From an uncultured Gammaproteobacteria bacterium (GTDB taxonomy: Bacteria; Patescibacteriota; Patescibacteriia; Patescibacteriales; UBA12465): 49,246 nt of DNA. A program made the translations under genes and the position numbers. This document shows positions 34,499-44,558 of the stretch, piece after piece. Within the stretch, counting starts at the first letter, position 1; every line of letters starts with the position of its first letter. The DNA lies in contig CAYHCB010000008.1 in assembly GCA_964355275.1 (NCBI GenBank), forward strand, positions 1 through 49,246. Direction: 5' to 3'. Below the pieces are notes generated by a model. It was not told the DNA's origin. It did not search any database and saw nothing but the letters and a program-made list of their open reading frames with translations.

Positions 34499-34696
34499 AT
34501 GCCAAAAATAAAAACACATAAAGCTACTGCTAAACGTTTTAAAGTAACTGGTGGCGCAAAAGTTACTCAAAGAAAATCCGGACAAGCCCATAACAATGCT
34601 CATGAATCTGGAAGTACAACTCGTTCTAAGAGACTAGACTTGTCGACCACAAAAACTTTGACCAAGACTGTTAAGACCTTGGCTCAATTCAACTAA
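34499..34696 (+). CDS. rpmI: 50S ribosomal protein L35
   Basis: MPKIKTHKATAKRFKVTGGAKV. ATG at 34499 is preferred over 34490. Confidence 0.9.
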   Translation: MPKIKTHKATAKRFKVTGGAKVTQRKSGQAHNNAHESGSTTRSKRLDLSTTKTLTKTVKTLAQFN

Positions 34697-34720
34697 TCAA
34701 AATTATCAACTTAGAAACTT

Positions 34721-35068
34721 ATGCCTAGAGTAAAAAGAGGTACCTCTCATGTTAAGAGTCGAAAAAACCTCCTGAAAGATGTAAAAGGATACAAATGGGG
34801 CCGCAAAAAGCTAATTAAATTAGCTAAGACCGCTCGTACTTTAGCTGGCGCTCACTCTTATGTTGATCGTCGAAAGAAAAAACGCGATATGCGTGCTTTA
34901 TGGCAAATTAGAATTAACGCTTTTGTTCGTGAATACGATTTATCATACTCTAGATTTATAGGTTTACTTAAAGCTAGCAACATTGAAATTGATCGTAAAA
35001 TATTAGCCGAGCTGGCTGTTAATAATAAACCGGTATTAGTTAAAATAATCGAGAAAATAAAGAAATAA
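34721..35068 (+). CDS. rplT: 50S ribosomal protein L20
   Basis: MPRVKRGTSHVKSRKNLLKDVKGYKWGRKK. Confidence 0.95.
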   Translation: MPRVKRGTSHVKSRKNLLKDVKGYKWGRKKLIKLAKTARTLAGAHSYVDRRKKKRDMRALWQIRINAFVREYDLSYSRFIGLLKASNIEIDRKILAELAVNNKPVLVKIIEKIKK

Positions 35069-35071
35069 TTT

Positions 35072-35284
35072 ATGACCTGGATTAAGATTACACAACTCGC
35101 TGTTTCCATATTACTTATCGTAGCGATTTTACTACAAAATCGTGGCGCAGGATTAGGTTCAGCTTTTGGTGGGTCTGGCGGCGTTTATTTAACTAAACGA
35201 GGCCTTGAAAAAAAACTTTTTTTAGCTACTATAGTTTTAGCTGTTATATTTTTTTCTCTTTCATTTCTCGGCATTATTCTCTAA
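35072..35284 (+). CDS. secG: preprotein translocase subunit SecG
   Basis: 70 aa with two TM segments and LLQNRGAGLGSAFGGSGG. Confidence 0.8.
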   Translation: MTWIKITQLAVSILLIVAILLQNRGAGLGSAFGGSGGVYLTKRGLEKKLFLATIVLAVIFFSLSFLGIIL

Positions 35285-35296
35285 ATTTTTGCCAAC

Positions 35297-37258
35297 GTGA
35301 AATCTCTTAAAACCAAAAAAGAATTACTTACAGTAATCAGAAAAAACCGTAATCTTTTTTCAAAATATTTTGAAAAAATGGTAAGTTTTTTGTTAATCAA
35401 AAGTGGTCGTTTTTTTCCTGCTAAATTAAATCAAGAACGGGCAGATAAAAATTTGGTTTACACCCTAGCATCCAGTAAAATTCCTAGCGGAGAACAAATT
35501 AAGCATTTAAAAAAAACTCTGTCTAAAAAAGAAAGCATTGCTATAAAGATTTGTCTAGCCATTGTTTTAGTAAATATATTTTACTTAGGATTTCGTTTTT
35601 ATAATAAACACATTACTGTTTCGCCAATTTCTGGCGGCACCTATAGTGAGGGTGTTGTTGGTTATCCAAAAGCAATTAATCCTCTTTATGATGTAGCTAG
35701 AGATGTAGATAGCGACCTATCAAGACTTATTTATTCTAGATTATTTAATTACAATACAAATGGTCAATTAGTAGGCGATTTAAGTAGTGATATTCAAACT
35801 AGTGACAACAAAACATTTATTGTTACAATAAAGGATAATGTAAAGTGGCACAGTGGAGAAGATTTAACCGCCGATGATGTTATTTTTACTTTTAATTTAA
35901 TTTTAAATCCTGAATATAGATCACCGTTACGTAAAAATTTTAGTTCAGTTAGTGTCGAAAAAGTATCTAATTATCAAATTAAATTTACTCTTTCATCTCC
36001 TTACGCCGCTTTTCCTAATTTGCTTACTTTTGGTATTCTACCACAAAGTATCTGGGAAAATATTTCACCTGATTCAGCTAGTTTGACCGATCTTAATCTG
36101 CAACCAATTGGTTCTGGCCCATATAAATTTAGCTCACTTCTTAAAAGTAAGCAGGGGGAACTCAAAGAATACCGTTTAGTAGTTAATGATTATTATTATG
36201 GTGAAAAACCTTTTATTAAAAATGTAATTTTTAAATTTTATCCTGATTCGAGTGAACTTATTGCCGCTTTAAATGATGGCGATGTTCAGGGAATTGCTTA
36301 TTTGCCGCTTAATCAAAAAAACTTACTTTTAGCACAAAATTCTTTAAATTTTTATTCCCTTAATTCCGCTCAAGAAGATTTGATTTTCTTTAATCAGACT
36401 AATAATAGTTCTTTAGCTGATTTAAAAGTGCGCCAAGCTTTAGCTTTCGCAATAGATAAGAATACAATTGTTAAAGATATTTTTAATAATTTTTATAAAG
36501 TAATAGATGGGCCACTTTCAGTAAGTTCTTTTGCTTATTCTGATAATATAAGTAAATATAATTTTAATATTGATTTAGCTGGTTTAAAATTAGATGAAGC
36601 GGGGTGGTCAAAAATAATAGTAAGTAATGATAATTTAACTGCCGATTTACCGGAAATTAAAGCTATTATTGCTTACGCTAGTTCCACAAATGAAGCCTCA
36701 ATTGGTACTTGGCGATTTAAAAAAGATAAAAAAGATGTCGTAACAATACTTACTGTTAATTTTAGTGTTGTTGGCGGCGGAGACTCTTTTGAAGTCGCTA
36801 AAAAAATCAAAACATATTGGGACGCCATTGGTGTTCGCACAACTTTAAATTCTATAGCAACCAGCGACATCGCTAATCTAGTGTCTTCTCGAAGTTTCGA
36901 GGCGCTACTTTTTAGCCAAATTCTTGGCGGTGATCCTGATATTTTTGCTCTTTGGCATTCTAGTCAAGCGGGGAACAAAGGTTTGAATATAACAGGTTAT
37001 AAGAATGACAAAGTAGATAAACTTTTAGAAGAGGCCAGGGTTGCTCTTGATAAATCTTCTAGAATTTTAAATTATCAAGAAGTTCAAAAAATTATCAGCG
37101 AAGAATTGCCAGTGATTTTTCTTTACGAAAAAAATTATACATATTTACAAAGTAAAAAAGTTAAGGGTTTTTCTGGTTCGGCTATTATTAGACCGAGTGA
37201 TCGCTTTTCCGGTGTTACTAGTTGGTATTTAAAATATAAAAATAAATTCTCCTGGTAG
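35297..37258 (+). CDS. ABC transporter substrate-binding protein, family 5 (peptide/nickel type), membrane-anchored
   Basis: GTYSEGVVGYPKAINPL...VKWHSGEDLTADDVIFTF. GTG start. No permease or ATPase genes are adjacent. Confidence 0.75.
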   Translation: MKSLKTKKELLTVIRKNRNLFSKYFEKMVSFLLIKSGRFFPAKLNQERADKNLVYTLASSKIPSGEQIKHLKKTLSKKESIAIKICLAIVLVNIFYLGFRFYNKHITVSPISGGTYSEGVVGYPKAINPLYDVARDVDSDLSRLIYSRLFNYNTNGQLVGDLSSDIQTSDNKTFIVTIKDNVKWHSGEDLTADDVIFTFNLILNPEYRSPLRKNFSSVSVEKVSNYQIKFTLSSPYAAFPNLLTFGILPQSIWENISPDSASLTDLNLQPIGSGPYKFSSLLKSKQGELKEYRLVVNDYYYGEKPFIKNVIFKFYPDSSELIAALNDGDVQGIAYLPLNQKNLLLAQNSLNFYSLNSAQEDLIFFNQTNNSSLADLKVRQALAFAIDKNTIVKDIFNNFYKVIDGPLSVSSFAYSDNISKYNFNIDLAGLKLDEAGWSKIIVSNDNLTADLPEIKAIIAYASSTNEASIGTWRFKKDKKDVVTILTVNFSVVGGGDSFEVAKKIKTYWDAIGVRTTLNSIATSDIANLVSSRSFEALLFSQILGGDPDIFALWHSSQAGNKGLNITGYKNDKVDKLLEEARVALDKSSRILNYQEVQKIISEELPVIFLYEKNYTYLQSKKVKGFSGSAIIRPSDRFSGVTSWYLKYKNKFSW

Positions 37259-37381
37259 TTATTACCACTAATTATTTTAAAATAAAAATTATCTCTCTAA
37301 CGATAAATTAATTTACAGAATTTTTTTATTTAAATTCGGCGACTTGCCGGTAATATAAATAAAAAAAATCTATTTTCTCAC

Positions 37382-39490
37382 ATGATTACCAAGTACAAGT
37401 CAAACTCGGCGCCAGCCAGTTCATTTTCGTCTGGCAAAAAGCCTAGTCAAGATCCGGTTACTTTTAAACCGAATCAATCCAATTATTTTAAGGGGAGAAA
37501 AACCCTTAACACTAGCCCTGCGGCAGCTAATTTAACTGATCCTTTAAATATAGAGGCTATTTTAAGTGACAATAAAGAATTTTTGCGGCAAGAAGGGAAA
37601 CCTTTAGAAAATAATGTTCAAGCTAAAAAACCATTCGATAACGGAGCTTTAATTAATAAGAATAAAGGTAGTGTAAAAACTCCTTATAATAGTAATCGTC
37701 CAAATAATTATCAATCACTTCGAACTGGATCATCAACCCCTTATGCTCCAATGACCGTTGCGCCAACAAAAAAACCGATGACCGTTAATCAGGTTTTTTC
37801 TCATAAAGCTGATGGTAATAATTTGCGAGTCATAGTTTTGGGAGGACTAGAAGAGGTTGGTCGTAATATGACAGTTTTTGAGTACAATAAAGAAATTATT
37901 ATTATTGATATGGGTTTACAGTTTCCGGAAGAAGATATGCCCGGAATTGATTATATAATTCCTAATGTTACCTATTTACAAGATAAAAAAGACTGGATTA
38001 AGGGGGTTATTATTAGTCATGGTCATTATGATCATATTGGCGGCATACCTCATATTATGGGCGAGATTGGTAATCCGCCAATGTTTATGGGTAAATTAAC
38101 AGCGGGCCTGGTTCGTAAACGTAATATTGAATATAAAAATTCACCTGTTCTAAAAATTAAAGAAATTGACGACACTACCGTTATTAAATTAGGCTCATCT
38201 TTTAATTTAGAATTTTTAAGAGTTAATCACTCTATTCCTGATTGTTTCGCCACTGTTATTAAAACTCCAGTTGGAACTATTGTTCATACTGGTGATTTTA
38301 AAATTGATTTTACCCCGGTAAATGATAAGCCGGCTGATTTAAATCGAATGGCACAACTTGGTGCGGCCGGTGTTAGACTTTTGATGTCTGATTCTACCGA
38401 TGCAACACATCCTGGTTATCAGGTTTCCGAATCATATATTGGTGAAGAAATGGGAAAGTTATTTGAAAAAATTGAAGGCCGAATAATTATCGGTACCTTT
38501 GCTTCACAGTTATCTCGTGTTCAGAAAATTTTTGATTTAGCTGAAAAATATGATCGCCGAGTTTCTTTGCAGGGACGCAGCATGACCTCTAATGTAGAGG
38601 TTGCTCATGAAATTGGCTATTTAAAATTTAATCCAAAATTATTAATTGATGATAAGGATTTAAATAAAATGCCAGACAATAAAGTTATGATTGTCGGCAC
38701 TGGCGCTCAAGGTGAAAGTAATGCCTTTCTTAGCCGTGTGGTTAACGGTGAGCATCGGGTTGTTAGTATTAAACAAGGAGACACGGTCTTATTTTCCTCT
38801 TCGGTTATCCCTGGTAACGAAAGATCAATCCAAAACTTAATGGATCGAGTCGTTCGTCAAGGTGCTAAAATTATTCATTATAAAATGTTAGATATTCATG
38901 CTGGTGGCCACGCTAAAGCCGAAGACTTAAAATTAACCATGCGTTTATTTAAGCCAGAATTTTTTATGCCAATTGAAGCTAATCATTATATGTTGCGTGC
39001 TCACGCAGAATTAGCCGAACAAGTAGGGATTCCTAAAAGTAATATCTTTGTGGCTGATAACGGACAAGTAGTCGACTTGAGATTAGTCGGCGGTAAAGTT
39101 GAAGGAACCTTAACTTCTGAAAAAGTGCCAACCGATTACGTCATGGTTGATGGTTTAGGGGTTGGTGATGTTTCCGAAATTGTGTTGCGTGATCGTCGTA
39201 TGATGTCAGAAGACGGCATGATTGTTGCTATTGTAACAATTGATGCTCATACTGGCGATATTATTGGTAATCCTGATTTAATTTCTCGTGGCTTTGTTCA
39301 TATGAAGGAAAATCGTGAGCTTATTGAAAAAACCAGAATGAGAGTTAAAAAGATTATTAAAGATAAGGTGCCAACCTCTTTAGCGGATGATGATTATATA
39401 AAAAATAAAATAAGAAATGACGTTGGTCAATTCCTGTTTGCTCAAACCAAACGTCGACCAATGGTGCTTCCGGTTATTATAAAAGTTTAA
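37382..39490 (+). CDS. rnj: ribonuclease J with a low-complexity N-terminal extension of about 140 aa
   Basis: HGHYDHIGG beta-lactamase motif, beta-CASP region, and C-terminal domain. The N-terminus is rich in N, P, S and K. Confidence 0.9.
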   Translation: MITKYKSNSAPASSFSSGKKPSQDPVTFKPNQSNYFKGRKTLNTSPAAANLTDPLNIEAILSDNKEFLRQEGKPLENNVQAKKPFDNGALINKNKGSVKTPYNSNRPNNYQSLRTGSSTPYAPMTVAPTKKPMTVNQVFSHKADGNNLRVIVLGGLEEVGRNMTVFEYNKEIIIIDMGLQFPEEDMPGIDYIIPNVTYLQDKKDWIKGVIISHGHYDHIGGIPHIMGEIGNPPMFMGKLTAGLVRKRNIEYKNSPVLKIKEIDDTTVIKLGSSFNLEFLRVNHSIPDCFATVIKTPVGTIVHTGDFKIDFTPVNDKPADLNRMAQLGAAGVRLLMSDSTDATHPGYQVSESYIGEEMGKLFEKIEGRIIIGTFASQLSRVQKIFDLAEKYDRRVSLQGRSMTSNVEVAHEIGYLKFNPKLLIDDKDLNKMPDNKVMIVGTGAQGESNAFLSRVVNGEHRVVSIKQGDTVLFSSSVIPGNERSIQNLMDRVVRQGAKIIHYKMLDIHAGGHAKAEDLKLTMRLFKPEFFMPIEANHYMLRAHAELAEQVGIPKSNIFVADNGQVVDLRLVGGKVEGTLTSEKVPTDYVMVDGLGVGDVSEIVLRDRRMMSEDGMIVAIVTIDAHTGDIIGNPDLISRGFVHMKENRELIEKTRMRVKKIIKDKVPTSLADDDYIKNKIRNDVGQFLFAQTKRRPMVLPVIIKV

Positions 39491-39500
39491 TTGCTTCTTG

Positions 39501-39533
39501 AAAAAGACCCTCAGTAAAATGAGGGTTTTTGTT
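39501..39533 (+). terminator. intrinsic terminator
   Basis: Stem accctca/tgagggt with loop gtaaaa, then T5. Confidence 0.75.
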
Positions 39534-39546
39534 ATTAGCTAAACCC

Positions 39547-39574
39547 TTGCTAAAATCATTATTTCGTGTATAAT
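39547..39574 (+). promoter_or_regulatory. sigma70 promoter (TTGCTA-N16-TATAAT) for rpsA
   Basis: -35 at 39547-39552 and -10 at 39569-39574. It leaves a leader of about 150 nt. Confidence 0.6.
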
Positions 39575-39728
39575 TGAATCAAATTGAATAAGGCTCATAA
39601 ACCTCCTCTAAGTAATAAGAGTGAATTTATCACTCCTGGGCGCTTGAGGACTTTCCCGAAAAGGAAGGTTAAGATGGCTTTTTTTATTATCTTTTTAAGA
39701 AAATAAGTGCGAGCTATCTCATAAAAAT

Positions 39729-40943
39729 ATGGAAAATGACTTTGCTAAATTATTAGAGAAAGACGAAACTCGAATTCCTCAAAATGGCGACATTGTAAAA
39801 GGCGTTGTAATTACTGCTTCTAAATCAGAAGTTAAATTGGATATCGATGGCGTTTTAATGGGTATTGTGCGTGGCCCAGAACTTTATTCTGAAGTTGAAG
39901 AGTTTGCTAATTTAAAACCAGGCGATGAAATTGAGGCGGCTGTTATTGATGAAGAAAATGAAAATGGTGAGCTTGAACTTTCTTTTCGTACTGTTGGCCA
40001 AGAAAAAGCTTGGAATAATTTACGACAAGCCTTTAAAGATAAATTGGCTATTAAAGTTAAAATTATTGACGCTAATAAAGGTGGTTTACTAGCTCGTTAT
40101 TGTCAGATTAATGGTTTCTTGCCAGTATCACAACTTGCTCCGGAAAATTATCCAAGAATTAGCGGCGGAGATAAGAGCAAAATTTTAGAAAAATTAAAGA
40201 GTTTTGTTGGTCAAGAATTTGAAACCAACGTCATGACTTTAAATGAAGAAGAAAATAAGATTATTTTCAGTGAAAAGGATGTTTGGAATAGACGTCAGAA
40301 ACCAACTTTAGATAAATATAAAACCGGTATGACCGTTGAGGGTAAAATTACCGCAATCACTAATTTTGGTGTGTTTGTTAATTTTGATGACGGCATGGAA
40401 GGTTTAATCCATATTTCTGAACTTGCTTGGCAAAGAATTGACTCTCCAAATGAATTGTATAAAGTAAATGATAAAATAAAAGCAGAAATTGTTAGTATTG
40501 ATGGTTCTAAAATTTTCTTAAGTGCTAAGAAATTATTACAAGATCCATGGCTCGAGGCTAGCGCCAAATATAAAGTTGGACAAATTATCTCGGGTATTAT
40601 TCTAAAAGTTAATCCTTTTGGTTTATTTGTTAAACTTGATGAAGAGATCCACGGTTTAGCTCATATTAGTCAGTTAGGTTTATCAACTAAGGATAAAATA
40701 GGTGATTCTTATCAAGCTAATGAGGTTCGTGATTTTGAGGTGGTAAATATTTCACCATCAGAGCATCGTCTTGGCTTGAAATTAGCTGGTATTCCTTCTT
40801 CTGAAGAGAAAAAGACTGAAGTGAAAAAAGAAAAAGAGGTAAAAAAAGAAAAAGAAGAAACAGAAGTTAAGGTAGAAAAAGAGCCTAAGACAGAAAAAGA
40901 AGAAAAAGTAGCTAAGAAAAAAACAATAAAAAAAGCGGAATAA
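39729..40943 (+). CDS. rpsA: 30S ribosomal protein S1 (four S1 domains) with Lys/Glu-rich C-terminal tail
   Basis: Four repeats of the GxxVxGxV...GV/LFV...GL(I/A)HISE/Q pattern. The tail reads KKTEVKKEKEVKKEKEETEVKVEKE... Confidence 0.85.
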   Translation: MENDFAKLLEKDETRIPQNGDIVKGVVITASKSEVKLDIDGVLMGIVRGPELYSEVEEFANLKPGDEIEAAVIDEENENGELELSFRTVGQEKAWNNLRQAFKDKLAIKVKIIDANKGGLLARYCQINGFLPVSQLAPENYPRISGGDKSKILEKLKSFVGQEFETNVMTLNEEENKIIFSEKDVWNRRQKPTLDKYKTGMTVEGKITAITNFGVFVNFDDGMEGLIHISELAWQRIDSPNELYKVNDKIKAEIVSIDGSKIFLSAKKLLQDPWLEASAKYKVGQIISGIILKVNPFGLFVKLDEEIHGLAHISQLGLSTKDKIGDSYQANEVRDFEVVNISPSEHRLGLKLAGIPSSEEKKTEVKKEKEVKKEKEETEVKVEKEPKTEKEEKVAKKKTIKKAE

Positions 40944-40960
40944 ATTTACGGTTTAATGTT

Positions 40961-40996
40961 TAAAAGGGCCCCGCTACACTAAGTGGGGCTTTTTTA
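40961..40996 (+). terminator. intrinsic terminator
   Basis: Stem gccccgct/agtggggc (one G-U pair), then T6. Confidence 0.7.
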
Positions 40997-41000
40997 GAAG

Positions 41001-41029
41001 ATTGCTAAGACACATTATTCATTGTATAA
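41001..41029 (+). promoter_or_regulatory. sigma70 promoter (TTGCTA-N17-TATAAT) for ftsH
   Basis: -35 at 41001-41006 and -10 at 41024-41029. It overlaps the spurious TTG start at 41002 in the ORF track. Confidence 0.6.
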
Positions 41030-41067
41030 TTGTGATACTTAACTCACCTAAGATAGGAATATTCAAT

Positions 41068-42906
41068 ATGAAAAATTTATTTAAAAATTTAGCTATTTTT
41101 TTTCTAGTATTTTTAATAATTGCTGGCGTTTTTAGTATTTTTGGGAAATCAGCGGAAACAAAAACAGTCGGTCTTGATACTCTAATTAGCCAGATAAATA
41201 ATAGTCAAGTTAAGGCTATTGGGGTTGAAGGGGACAAGTTATCTGTAACCTTAAATGATGGCAGCATTGAAACAGTTAAGAAGGAAACAAATGACTCCCT
41301 TTCGTCTCTATTAAAAGATTTCGGAGTAACTCCAGAAAAAGTAGCAGCGATAGCAATTACCGTTAACGACCCTAGTAGCTGGGACTATATTCTGACCAAT
41401 TTTTTACCTTTTTTAATACCATTTTTAATTATTGGTGCCTTTTTGCTTTATACGATGAGAGGTGTTTCTGGTATGAATTCTAAGGCGATGAGTTTTGGCC
41501 AATCAAATGCTAAAGATTTTAACTTAAACCAAAAAGATAGAGTAACTTTTAAGGATGTTGCCGGAGCGAAAGAAGCTAAAGAAGAACTCGGAGAAGTAGT
41601 AGAGTTTTTGAAGTTTCCTAAAAAGTTCCATGATTTAGGAGCACGCATTCCTCGAGGTGTTTTATTATTAGGCAGCCCTGGAACCGGAAAAACATTATTA
41701 GCTAGAGCTGTGGCCGGTGAAGCTAATGTGCCTTTTTTTAATATTTCTGGTTCTGAGTTTGTAGAAATGTTTGTTGGCGTTGGTGCGTCCAGAGTTAGAT
41801 CATTATTTGAAAAAGCAAAAAAAGAAGCACCATGTATTATTTTTATCGATGAAATTGACGCTGTTGGTCGTCGTCGAGGAGCTGGATTAGGCGGGAGTCA
41901 TGATGAAAGAGAACAAACACTTAATCAAATATTAGTAGAAATGGACGGCTTTGAGCCTAACAATAATGTTATTGTGGTGGCGGCAACTAATCGCCCGGAT
42001 GTTCTTGACCCAGCGCTACTTCGACCAGGTAGATTTGATAGACAGGTTATAATTGATAAACCAGACTTAAAAGATAGAGAAGAAATTTTATTAGTTCATG
42101 CCCGTAAAAAACCTTTAGAATCATTAGTTAGTCTTAGAGCGGTTGCCGAACGAACGCCTGGTTTTTCTGGAGCAGACTTAGCTAATTTACTTAATGAAGC
42201 TGCTATTTTAGCGGCTCGTCAAGATAAAAAAATAATTGGACAAGCCGAAATATTTGAAGCCATTGAAAAGGTGATGATTGGGCCAGAGCGAAAAAGTCGA
42301 GTGATAACCGATCAAGATAAAAAGATTACTGCTTATCATGAGGCGGGACATGCGGTAATTGCCCATTTTTTACCGGGCGTTGACCCCATTCAAAAAGTTT
42401 CTATTATTGCTCGCGGCCAAGCTGGTGGATATACTTTAAAAGTTCCCGTTGAAGATCGACATTATCACGCTAAGAGTGACTTTATTAATGAATTATCAGT
42501 TTTACTAGCTGGCCATTTAGTTGAAAAAGAAATCTTTGGCGAAGTAACCACTGGGGCGACTTCCGATTTAAGAAGAGCCACTGCTTTAGCTAGAAGTTTA
42601 GTAACTGATTATGGAATGAGTGAAAATTTAGGTCCACGAACTTTTGGCGAAAAAGAAGAAATGATCTTTTTGGGTCGTGAAATTCACGAACAAAGAGATT
42701 ACAGTGAAAAAATTGCCGAAAAGATTGATGAAGAAATCGCCGCTTTTTTAGAAAAAGCGACAGTATCAGCCAGAAAAATTATCAGCGAAAAGAGAGAGTA
42801 TATAGAAAAAACCGTTGTTGTTTTGCTGGAAAAAGAAACTATTGAAAAGGATGAATTTGCCAAACTTATGTCAGAGGAAACTCCTGATGGTAAAAAAGAG
42901 GCCTAA
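41068..42906 (+). CDS. ftsH: ATP-dependent zinc metalloprotease FtsH
   Basis: [32 protein letters not shown] region, and HEAGHAV zinc site. The start is at the ATG at 41068, downstream of the promoter. Confidence 0.95.
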   Translation: MKNLFKNLAIFFLVFLIIAGVFSIFGKSAETKTVGLDTLISQINNSQVKAIGVEGDKLSVTLNDGSIETVKKETNDSLSSLLKDFGVTPEKVAAIAITVNDPSSWDYILTNFLPFLIPFLIIGAFLLYTMRGVSGMNSKAMSFGQSNAKDFNLNQKDRVTFKDVAGAKEAKEELGEVVEFLKFPKKFHDLGARIPRGVLLLGSPGTGKTLLARAVAGEANVPFFNISGSEFVEMFVGVGASRVRSLFEKAKKEAPCIIFIDEIDAVGRRRGAGLGGSHDEREQTLNQILVEMDGFEPNNNVIVVAATNRPDVLDPALLRPGRFDRQVIIDKPDLKDREEILLVHARKKPLESLVSLRAVAERTPGFSGADLANLLNEAAILAARQDKKIIGQAEIFEAIEKVMIGPERKSRVITDQDKKITAYHEAGHAVIAHFLPGVDPIQKVSIIARGQAGGYTLKVPVEDRHYHAKSDFINELSVLLAGHLVEKEIFGEVTTGATSDLRRATALARSLVTDYGMSENLGPRTFGEKEEMIFLGREIHEQRDYSEKIAEKIDEEIAAFLEKATVSARKIISEKREYIEKTVVVLLEKETIEKDEFAKLMSEETPDGKKEA

Positions 42907-42909
42907 TGT

Positions 42910-42937
42910 TTGACTAAAATTTTTTTTAAGTTATACT
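42910..42937 (+). promoter_or_regulatory. sigma70 promoter (TTGACT-N16-TATACT) for rpmF
   Basis: -35 at 42910-42915 and -10 at 42932-42937. Confidence 0.55.
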
Positions 42938-42974
42938 AAATTTATAATTAATTAAATTAGCTTATTTAACACGT

Positions 42975-43169
42975 ATGGCCAATCCAAAAAAAAGAAAGAC
43001 CCATAGTGCCGTTGGTAAAAATAGATCCCATTTAGCCTTAAAAAAGGTTGCCTTAAATAAATGTACAAAATGTGGCAAACCTAAACAACCCCATAATGCT
43101 TGTGGTTTTTGTGGCGCTTACAAAGGAGAGGTGGTAATAAAAGTCAAAACTAAAAAGGTTGCTAAATAA
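42975..43169 (+). CDS. rpmF: 50S ribosomal protein L32 (zinc-ribbon form)
   Basis: MANPKKRKTHSAVGKNRSH and a CxxC...CxxC arrangement (CTKCG...CGFCG). Confidence 0.9.
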   Translation: MANPKKRKTHSAVGKNRSHLALKKVALNKCTKCGKPKQPHNACGFCGAYKGEVVIKVKTKKVAK

Positions 43170-43274
43170 TCTTTTAAAGATTTTAGATACAGAACCTCAG
43201 GTTTAAAAATTAAATATTTTATTTTTAGATATTTTAGGTTATTTATTAAAGTAAACTAGATCTTATTAAAATTT

Positions 43275-43781
43275 ATGTCCAATCGTCATTTGGCCCGAAC
43301 CATTGCTATGCAAACTTTGTTTGTTTGGGATTTTAATGGTAAAAAAAATGAAATGGTTGATAATTTAATTAGCGATAACTTTGCTAATTTTGCTCCTAAT
43401 TTTGATGACGGTGGTTTTGTAAAAGAACTAGTTACCGGAGTTATTTCTCGTTTAGATGAATTAGATAGTTATATTAAAAAGCATGCCACGGAATGGCCGC
43501 TTGATCAAATTACTTGCGTTGATAGAAGTGTGCTACGTTTAGGTATTTATGAGTTATTATATTGCGAAAATATTCCTTCACGCGTCGCTATTAATGAGGC
43601 CATTGAGGTGGCTAAAAGTTTTGGTGGTGATTCTTCCGGTAAATTTATAAACGGCGTTTTAGGCGCTATTTATAATGATTTGCCAGAAGATAAAAAAAGA
43701 GATAATAAAGAAGAGTTTGAAGAAAAGAAAAAACTGATAACAACCGATTCTAAGGAAGATTTATTTCCCCCAGCAACTTAA
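43275..43781 (+). CDS. nusB: transcription antitermination factor NusB with a charged C-terminal extension
   Basis: RHLARTIAMQTLF...DRSVLRLGIYELLY...PSRVAINEAIEVAKSFG. Confidence 0.85.
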   Translation: MSNRHLARTIAMQTLFVWDFNGKKNEMVDNLISDNFANFAPNFDDGGFVKELVTGVISRLDELDSYIKKHATEWPLDQITCVDRSVLRLGIYELLYCENIPSRVAINEAIEVAKSFGGDSSGKFINGVLGAIYNDLPEDKKRDNKEEFEEKKKLITTDSKEDLFPPAT

Positions 43782-43847
43782 TTATTAGACCTTTGCCTCG
43801 GGGCCGTTCTCGGGGTTTTTGTTTTTAAATATATTAATTTTAGTATT

Positions 43848-44540
43848 ATGAACAATGGTTTAAAATTACAGAACCAGTTAGGCGTTAATTTTAAAAACGC
43901 TGATCTATTAAAACAGGCTTTAGTCCACCGTTCTTATTTAAACGAACACCCCGAATTTCCGGTGGGGCATAACGAGCGTTTAGAATTTTTAGGTGACGCT
44001 GTTTTAGAGATTGTGGTAACTGAGTTTTTGTATTTAAATTTTAAAGATACCGATGAAGGTGACTTAACTAATTGGCGCGCCTCTTTAGTTAACGCCAAAA
44101 TGCTACACGTAGTAGCCATAGAGCTTAATTTAGAAGATTATTTATATTTATCCAAAGGCGAGGCTAAGGATAAAAATAAAAAATCAAGACAATATATTTT
44201 AGCTAATGCTGTTGAGGCAGTTATTGGTGCTATTTATTTAGATCAAGGTTTAAGTGTCGCTAAAGAATTTATTTTGCATAATATCGTTTCTAAATTAGAT
44301 GAAATTTTACGTAATGAGTTATATCTTGATCCTAAGTCCAGATTTCAAGAAGAGGCTCAAGAAAGAAAGGGTATAACCCCTCACTATGAAATTTTAAATG
44401 AAGAGGGGCCTGATCACGCTAAACTCTTTACAGTTGGTTTATATCTGGGAGATGAATTAATAATTAGTGGCGAGGGTTCTTCTAAGCAAGAAGCTCAAGT
44501 TGATGCCGCTGCCAAAGGATTGGAAAAATTAGGTTGGTAA
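43848..44540 (+). CDS. rnc: ribonuclease III
   Basis: NERLEFLGDAVLE signature and a C-terminal dsRBD (GPDHAKLFTV...GSSKQEAQVDAA). Confidence 0.9.
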   Translation: MNNGLKLQNQLGVNFKNADLLKQALVHRSYLNEHPEFPVGHNERLEFLGDAVLEIVVTEFLYLNFKDTDEGDLTNWRASLVNAKMLHVVAIELNLEDYLYLSKGEAKDKNKKSRQYILANAVEAVIGAIYLDQGLSVAKEFILHNIVSKLDEILRNELYLDPKSRFQEEAQERKGITPHYEILNEEGPDHAKLFTVGLYLGDELIISGEGSSKQEAQVDAAAKGLEKLGW

Positions 44541-44558
44541 AATAACTTTTTAATTATT

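Noticed and set aside
39575-39700. Possible SRP (4.5S) RNA, suggested by ...ggactttcccGAAAaGGAAGgttAAGatgg, which resembles the domain IV GNRA loop and GGAAGCAGCC-AAGG.
   Set aside because: The 5' and 3' ends of the segment are not complementary, so there is no long closing helix, and the conserved AGCA symmetric-loop residues are absent. It is treated instead as the rpsA leader.
40800-40943. A repetitive aaagaaaaaga/gaagt nucleotide tract, considered as a tandem repeat locus.
   Set aside because: It is in frame within rpsA and encodes a Lys/Glu-rich tail (KKEKEVKKEKEE...). It is low-complexity coding sequence rather than a non-coding repeat.
41002-41067. TTG start at 41002 for ftsH. The same issue applies to 6500 for the GNAT, 13558 for the bactofilin-like gene, 34490 for rpmI and 17406 for recQ.
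   Set aside because: 41001-41029 is a TTGCTA-N17-TATAAT promoter, so the 5' extension would lie upstream of the TSS. In the other cases the extension overlaps the upstream gene or adds non-homologous residues ahead of a canonical N-terminus (MKKILLF signal, MPKIKTHKA, MPQRKK).
43797-43820. A GC-rich patch, ctcgggg-ccgtt-ctcgggg-ttttt, after nusB, considered as an intrinsic terminator.
   Set aside because: The two 7-mers are direct repeats, not inverted ones, so only a 3-bp ccg/cgg stem can form. It may still be a binding site, but I cannot support a terminator call.
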